A program made the position numbers and the translations under genes. A stretch of DNA of 59,273 nt, from contig CAZQFO010000001.1 in assembly GCA_964592695.1 (NCBI GenBank), positions 1-59,273 of the forward strand, in the 5' to 3' direction. Positions 54,777 through 59,273 of this stretch are shown piece after piece (within the stretch, counting starts at the first letter, position 1; every line of letters starts with the position of its first letter). Under the pieces are notes generated by a model. That model ran no database searches. It had not been told where the DNA came from and saw only the letters and a program-made list of their open reading frames with translations. Source of the stretch: an uncultured Candidatus Peribacteria bacterium. Lineage in GTDB: Bacteria > Patescibacteriota > Gracilibacteria > UBA4473.

Positions 54777-57073
54777 GATTTTTTCTTTTTTTCTGATTTA
54801 TTTTTTCGTTTTTTTCCATTTTTCTTTTTAGTTTTTTCTTTTTTATTCGTCCTTTCTTCCTCTTGTTGTTTTTGTTCTTTTCTAGATTCTTTTTCATTTT
54901 TTGCCTTAGGAGGTTTTAATCCCGGTTCATAATGCACAAAACAGGATTTTGCACTGTTTACTTCATCAAATGTATGCCCCCGCTCTTTATCAAAAATTTT
55001 TCGTCCTTTGGATTTTAGTTTTGCACTGTACATAGCATCATCAGATTGTTTAAGTATTTCTTCTGGAGATTCTGCCAGAGAACAAAACGAAGCTCCAATA
55101 CTTAATTTAATCGGTATAATATGTGGACCAATTCGAACGGGTTCTTCAAATGCATTCAAAATCTGACTTAATACAATTTCTACATTTTGATGTTCAATAG
55201 CTGTTTTTTCTAAATCGTCACAGAATCTTTTTCCGGGTTTTCCATCTTTCGGATTTTTTCGTCTATCCTCACTTAATACATCACTCAGTAGCACTGTGAT
55301 TTCATCTCCTCCATATCGGGCTAACACGTCTCCTTCTCGATTAATAATTTTTTTTAATCTTCGTGCAATCTGGACCAACACTTTATCTGCAATTATATGA
55401 CCATATGTATCATTTATCCACTTTAAAAAGTTGATATCAATGAATAACAGGGCTAGTCGTTCACCATGCCTTCTTCCAACATTAAATGCATTATGAAGTC
55501 GATGCTCAAACAATTTTCGTCCGGTCAATCCGGTTAATCCATCTGTGTTAGCCTTGTCTTCTCGTTCGTTTACATCAATAACTGATATATAATAACGATT
55601 CCCCGGAATCCTCTTGACCCTGGTTGTGGCCCAAAACAATTGTCCATTATTTTTTCGAAGCTGTTCTGTGTATTCTGCAAATCCATTTTTTTGAACTTCT
55701 TCCCATATATCTTCCATAAACTTTTTAGGAGATATACTTCTGGGATGTTGTGGTTGTAAAAACTTTGTATCATGAAAACATTGTCCCACTATTTTATCTG
55801 AAGAAATTCCAAACATTTTTTCAAATCTGGGATTAGCTCTTTTTAGCGTGCCATCATTTTCTATTTCAAAAAGCGAATTCGAAGTATTATCCCAGATGGC
55901 TTCATGTAAATCGTGCTCAGCTTCTTGTCGATGATAATCCACTCTTCTTCCTACGACACGTGCAATTGCCTTAAGCACATCTGGTCCACGCATATCTTTT
56001 TTTTGTCCAGCTCTTCGATATACGTTAATTACACCAATCCTTAACTCATTAATCAATGCTTCTATCATGCTTTGATCTTCAATAGAAGTTTTTAAGTATG
56101 ATATAAGGTTATCAAATCCACATTTATCCCGAAGAGATCTTTGTACCTTCAAAATTATGACGTTTACTTCCTCTTCTGATAATTTCGCACTTAAGATATT
56201 TCTAATATTTCTAGTATTGGGTCTTGGAGTTGGAATATTAGTGGTCAAATGACCATGATCAATAGCCCAATCAAACCAAAAGCCATGTTTTGAATGCCCT
56301 TTACTATGAGAACACGATATTGTTTCCCCGGTAGCGGCTACATGTTGACAGATACAAGCTCCGGACTTTGTGGTTACCTCTAAGCCCTGACAAGCATCTT
56401 TTTGTTCTTTGTGAGTAAACATATCGGCAACTAGTTCCATTTTTTTTCCTTCATTTCCTGTTGTCCCTCCGATTAAATGAATCGATCCGTTTGACATGGT
56501 CCCATACTCTTTCATTTCAACCACAACATATTCCAGTATTGCTTGTAATTCTTCTTTCAGAGACAGATCTTCCAGAGATTTTTGATCAATAAATTCAAGT
56601 GCTTCTCGAATTAAAATTTCTTCTTTTTTTCCTCGTAATTCTGCGGCATGAAAAATAGCTTGTCGAATTGATTCACATATTCGTTCTGCAGAAATACCTT
56701 TTTCCGGATCTTTTAATAAACTATCATTGGCCCCAGTCTTAATAGCATTTTTTCCAAGCTCCAGGTCATTATCAGAGGTAATGAGAACAATGGCAACTTC
56801 CGATTTTGTTATTCGTACCTTTTGGATTACTTGTAATCCATCTATAGTATTACCTAGATGATAATCGATTAAAGCCGCATCGATATCTTCTGATGGGTCA
56901 GTCAGTAGTTTTATGGCATCTTCTGGAACCGTGCAACAGATAACTTCAATATCTTGCTTTGTTTTTTTTAAAACACCACTTAACAAGGCTAAATCAGACA
57001 AACTGTCGTCCAAAATCAAAATACGCTTGATTTTGTCACAAGGATCTTTTTTTGTATCTTCTAGAGAAATCAT
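54773..57073 (-). CDS. Response-regulator receiver / GAF-like / PAS / GGDEF diguanylate cyclase with Lys-rich tail
   Basis: REC domain: ILILDDS..ALIDYHL..VLITS. PAS-like IFEIENDGTLKRANPRFEKMFG. GGDEF: DGLTGLTGRKLF..FIDINFLKWINDTYGH, with an I-site-like REGD five residues before RYGGDEI. Confidence 0.85.
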   Translation of the reverse strand: MISLEDTKKDPCDKIKRILILDDSLSDLALLSGVLKKTKQDIEVICCTVPEDAIKLLTDPSEDIDAALIDYHLGNTIDGLQVIQKVRITKSEVAIVLITSDNDLELGKNAIKTGANDSLLKDPEKGISAERICESIRQAIFHAAELRGKKEEILIREALEFIDQKSLEDLSLKEELQAILEYVVVEMKEYGTMSNGSIHLIGGTTGNEGKKMELVADMFTHKEQKDACQGLEVTTKSGACICQHVAATGETISCSHSKGHSKHGFWFDWAIDHGHLTTNIPTPRPNTRNIRNILSAKLSEEEVNVIILKVQRSLRDKCGFDNLISYLKTSIEDQSMIEALINELRIGVINVYRRAGQKKDMRGPDVLKAIARVVGRRVDYHRQEAEHDLHEAIWDNTSNSLFEIENDGTLKRANPRFEKMFGISSDKIVGQCFHDTKFLQPQHPRSISPKKFMEDIWEEVQKNGFAEYTEQLRKNNGQLFWATTRVKRIPGNRYYISVIDVNEREDKANTDGLTGLTGRKLFEHRLHNAFNVGRRHGERLALLFIDINFLKWINDTYGHIIADKVLVQIARRLKKIINREGDVLARYGGDEITVLLSDVLSEDRRKNPKDGKPGKRFCDDLEKTAIEHQNVEIVLSQILNAFEEPVRIGPHIIPIKLSIGASFCSLAESPEEILKQSDDAMYSAKLKSKGRKIFDKERGHTFDEVNSAKSCFVHYEPGLKPPKAKNEKESRKEQKQQEEERTNKKEKTKKKNGKKRKNKSEKKKKS

Positions 57074-57143
57074 TTTTATAGTAAAAATCTATACCATTAC
57101 TTCTGTACAGTTTCTATTCCCCAAAAGCTATTTGTCAAAACTT

Positions 57144-57701
57144 TTATCGTCCAATTTCTTTTTCTTTTTCATTAAAAGCTTCAATATCATTTTTAAATTG
57201 CATCAGATAATCCAAGTCAGACAAATTTTGTAATAACCTTTTTTTTGAAAACTCTGTGATTTCAAAACGGTATTTTTTTTTATTGGTATCGATAACCACT
57301 TGATTTTCTAGGTCAATAGTCAAATCCCCCCCTGACTGTAAAAATTGTTGAACTGTTTCTTCCGGTAAAATAATTGGAAGTATTCCGTTTTTTTCTGCGT
57401 TTCCTCGAAAAATATCAGCAAATTCTGATGCAATGATAACATCTATTCCGGCATCTTTGATTGCCCATGGCGCATGCTCTCGAGATGATCCGCATCCGAA
57501 ATTTCTTCCTGTTACCAGGATTCTTTGTCCATTAATTTCTGGGAAATTTGGATCATTCTTTTTCATGATCGAAAAGACATGTTTTCCTAATCCTGTTTTC
57601 TCTGTTGTTTTCAAGAAATCAGCTGGGATGATAAGGTCTGTGTCGATGTCTTTTTGAGGAAGACTGATGATGGCGGATGTGAATCGGTTGAAGTTGGTCA
57701 T
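57144..57701 (-). CDS. leuD: 3-isopropylmalate/homoaconitate dehydratase small subunit (aconitase swivel domain)
   Basis: DTDLIIPADFLK...ILVTGRNFGCGSSREHAPWAIKDAGIDVIIASEFADIF. Confidence 0.8.
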   Translation of the reverse strand: MTNFNRFTSAIISLPQKDIDTDLIIPADFLKTTEKTGLGKHVFSIMKKNDPNFPEINGQRILVTGRNFGCGSSREHAPWAIKDAGIDVIIASEFADIFRGNAEKNGILPIILPEETVQQFLQSGGDLTIDLENQVVIDTNKKKYRFEITEFSKKRLLQNLSDLDYLMQFKNDIEAFNEKEKEIGR

Positions 57702-57702
57702 T

Positions 57703-58161
57703 TTACTGAAATATCAATTTTTTATTATTTATCATTTTGAGTAGGACATTGAGATCTTTTTGAAATGATTGTGTTATTTGTGCCTGATTCTTTACGATTT
57801 CTAGGCCTTTAATATTTTCTACTATGATGAGCGCCTCATTTATTTTATTGCTAGCACGATCTTTTATGCCATTAAAATATAGACTATCGGCCTCTCTCAA
57901 TTTCTTTTGAGCGTTATTAAACAATGATTGTGCATCAAATAATTCTTTTTCTTCATCCGAAGTTGTCCCCATGATGTGGGCACCTTTTTGTACTAAAAAT
58001 CGAAGAGCACTGTTTTTATAACCATATTCAATGTGTGTGTTTTGGAGATCTATCAGCAAAGCATTTGAAATCAAAATCAACAAAATGGTTGTGGATATTC
58101 CCATTTTTTTCTTATCAAATCTGTCAAATCGATGATAACGAGAGCGGCTGAAAAGACCCAT
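57703..58161 (-). CDS. Hypothetical membrane-anchored protein
   Basis: Track ORF with one hydrophobic segment, ISTTILLILISNALLI. Confidence 0.4.
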   Translation of the reverse strand: MGLFSRSRYHRFDRFDKKKMGISTTILLILISNALLIDLQNTHIEYGYKNSALRFLVQKGAHIMGTTSDEEKELFDAQSLFNNAQKKLREADSLYFNGIKDRASNKINEALIIVENIKGLEIVKNQAQITQSFQKDLNVLLKMINNKKLIFQ

Positions 58162-58172
58162 TTTTTAATTTT

Positions 58173-58391
58173 TTATATTGTCATTTCTACTTCTCTAGAA
58201 TAACTTTTTGGCATTGGAATTATTCCGGATTCAGTGTGTAATCCCTCCAGATGAAATTCCATTGATTCTTTCATATTGATTTCAACCTCTTCTCTGCTGT
58301 GTCCTGTTGCAATGCATCCGGGGATGTCAGGAGCAAAGGCGGAATACCCGGTTTTAGTTTTTTCGATAACAACTAAATATTTTTGAGTCAT
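58173..58391 (-). CDS. hicB: HicB-family antitoxin
   Basis: YLVVIEKTKTGYSAFAPDIPGCIATGHSREEVEINMKESMEFHLEGL. 4-nt overlap with hicA. Confidence 0.8.
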   Translation of the reverse strand: MTQKYLVVIEKTKTGYSAFAPDIPGCIATGHSREEVEINMKESMEFHLEGLHTESGIIPMPKSYSREVEMTI

Positions 58392-58588
58392 CTTAATTGT
58401 GCTTGTTTTAAAATACTGTTAAGTGTTCCGGGAGCAAGATCATCACTTGGTTTTCCTGATATGGTAACAAGTCCTGATTTTATGGGGTGTTTGTATTGAG
58501 GATGACTCCCTTTTACTCGGACTTCAGACCATTCATCGTGTTTAATTAATTTACATATTTCACGAATTTTCATTTTAATATGTTTCAA
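58388..58588 (-). CDS. hicA: HicA-family mRNA interferase toxin
   Basis: 66 aa; W.EVRVKGSHPQYKHP....VTISGKPSDDLAPGTLNSILKQA. Confidence 0.8.
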   Translation of the reverse strand: MKHIKMKIREICKLIKHDEWSEVRVKGSHPQYKHPIKSGLVTISGKPSDDLAPGTLNSILKQAQLR

Positions 58589-58598
58589 TTTTTATAAT

Positions 58599-59273
58599 CT
58601 ACTTCCCAATCTCAGCTTTTGCTCTTACTTCTTTTTCAATTGCTTGTGCCAGTTTTTCATTTTCTTTTAAATATTTTACTGCGTTTGCCTTTCCTTGTCC
58701 TAGTTTTGTTTCTTTGTATGAATAAAAAGCTCCAGATTTGGTGACCACATCAATATTTGATGCGATAGCTACTTCCAGGAGGTCTCCCATTTGAGAAATC
58801 CCCTCATTAAACAGAATATCAACTTCTGCAGTTTTAAAAGGCGGTGCTACTTTGTTTTTTACTATTTTAATCCGAGCCGTATTTCCGTAGGCGGCTTTAT
58901 CTGTTCCTGTACCTGCTTCCATTTTTGTACCCTTTCGAATCTCCAGTCGAACAGAAGAATAAAATTTCAAAGCATTTCCTCCGGTAGTGGTTTCCGGATT
59001 TCCAAACATTACTCCGATCTTCATTCTGATCTGATTGATGAAGATGATGGATGTTCCCATTTTTGAGGCGACAGCGGTTAGTTTTCTGAGTGCTCGACTC
59101 ATTAGTCGTGCTTGTAGTCCCATGCTTTGGTCTCCCATCTCTCCTTCGATCTCTGCTCGAGGAGTAAGGGCCGCTACGGAGTCCACAACGATAAGGTCCA
59201 CTCCTCCAGAACGAACGAGTGCTTCTACGATATCTAGTGCTTGTTCCCCGGAATCAGGCTGTGAAAGCAATAA
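58599..59273 (-). CDS. recA: Recombinase RecA, C-terminal about 224 aa; the N-terminus lies beyond the right window edge
   Basis: [84 protein letters not shown]. The frame is open to the window end. Confidence 0.95.
   Translation of the reverse strand, partial: LLLSQPDSGEQALDIVEALVRSGGVDLIVVDSVAALTPRAEIEGEMGDQSMGLQARLMSRALRKLTAVASKMGTSIIFINQIRMKIGVMFGNPETTTGGNALKFYSSVRLEIRKGTKMEAGTGTDKAAYGNTARIKIVKNKVAPPFKTAEVDILFNEGISQMGDLLEVAIASNIDVVTKSGAFYSYKETKLGQGKANAVKYLKENEKLAQAIEKEVRAKAEIGK

Noticed and set aside
1-59273. CRISPR arrays, rRNA genes and additional tRNAs
   Set aside because: I saw no regularly spaced direct repeats and no rRNA-like conserved stretches. The only GGTTCGAATCC-type T-arm found is the tRNA-Gln at 8469-8543.

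Overview
This is a low-GC (by eye roughly one third G+C), gene-dense bacterial chromosomal fragment. Housekeeping genes recognised from motifs are rpoD, pheS, hup, mutS, ilvA, ruvC, ribE, serS, gltX, recX, nth, leuD and a partial recA. They are mixed with many small Lys/Glu-rich ORFans, a DUF4012-type protein and patchy metabolism. That mix resembles Patescibacteria/CPR-like reduced genomes, but this is inference only, since no search was possible. There is one tRNA, Gln-UUG on the minus strand, and no rRNA or CRISPR array. Accessory content: (1) a compact ~6.6 kb integrated element at 1946-8579 encoding a PrimPol/PriCT/P-loop replication protein and a large serine recombinase whose reading frame runs antisense through the whole tRNA-Gln gene. 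(2) MITE-like intergenic elements, two of which have perfect terminal inverted repeats and 8-bp target-site duplications (13202-13330, 49348-49568). A 69-nt, ~90 % identical copy of one end lies at 37222-37290. A second related pair (28378-28564, 30031-30185) brackets a beta-CASP RNase gene. (3) An acidic secreted paralog triplet (WxL-like) plus two dispersed DUF916-like surface-protein genes. (4) A truncated V/A-type ATPase gene set with K-E-C-F only. (5) Two GC-rich structured intergenic islands that are candidate ncRNAs or decayed repeats. (6) RelE/ParE-like and HicAB toxin-antitoxin pairs. All product calls come from reading the supplied translations; none is a database result.
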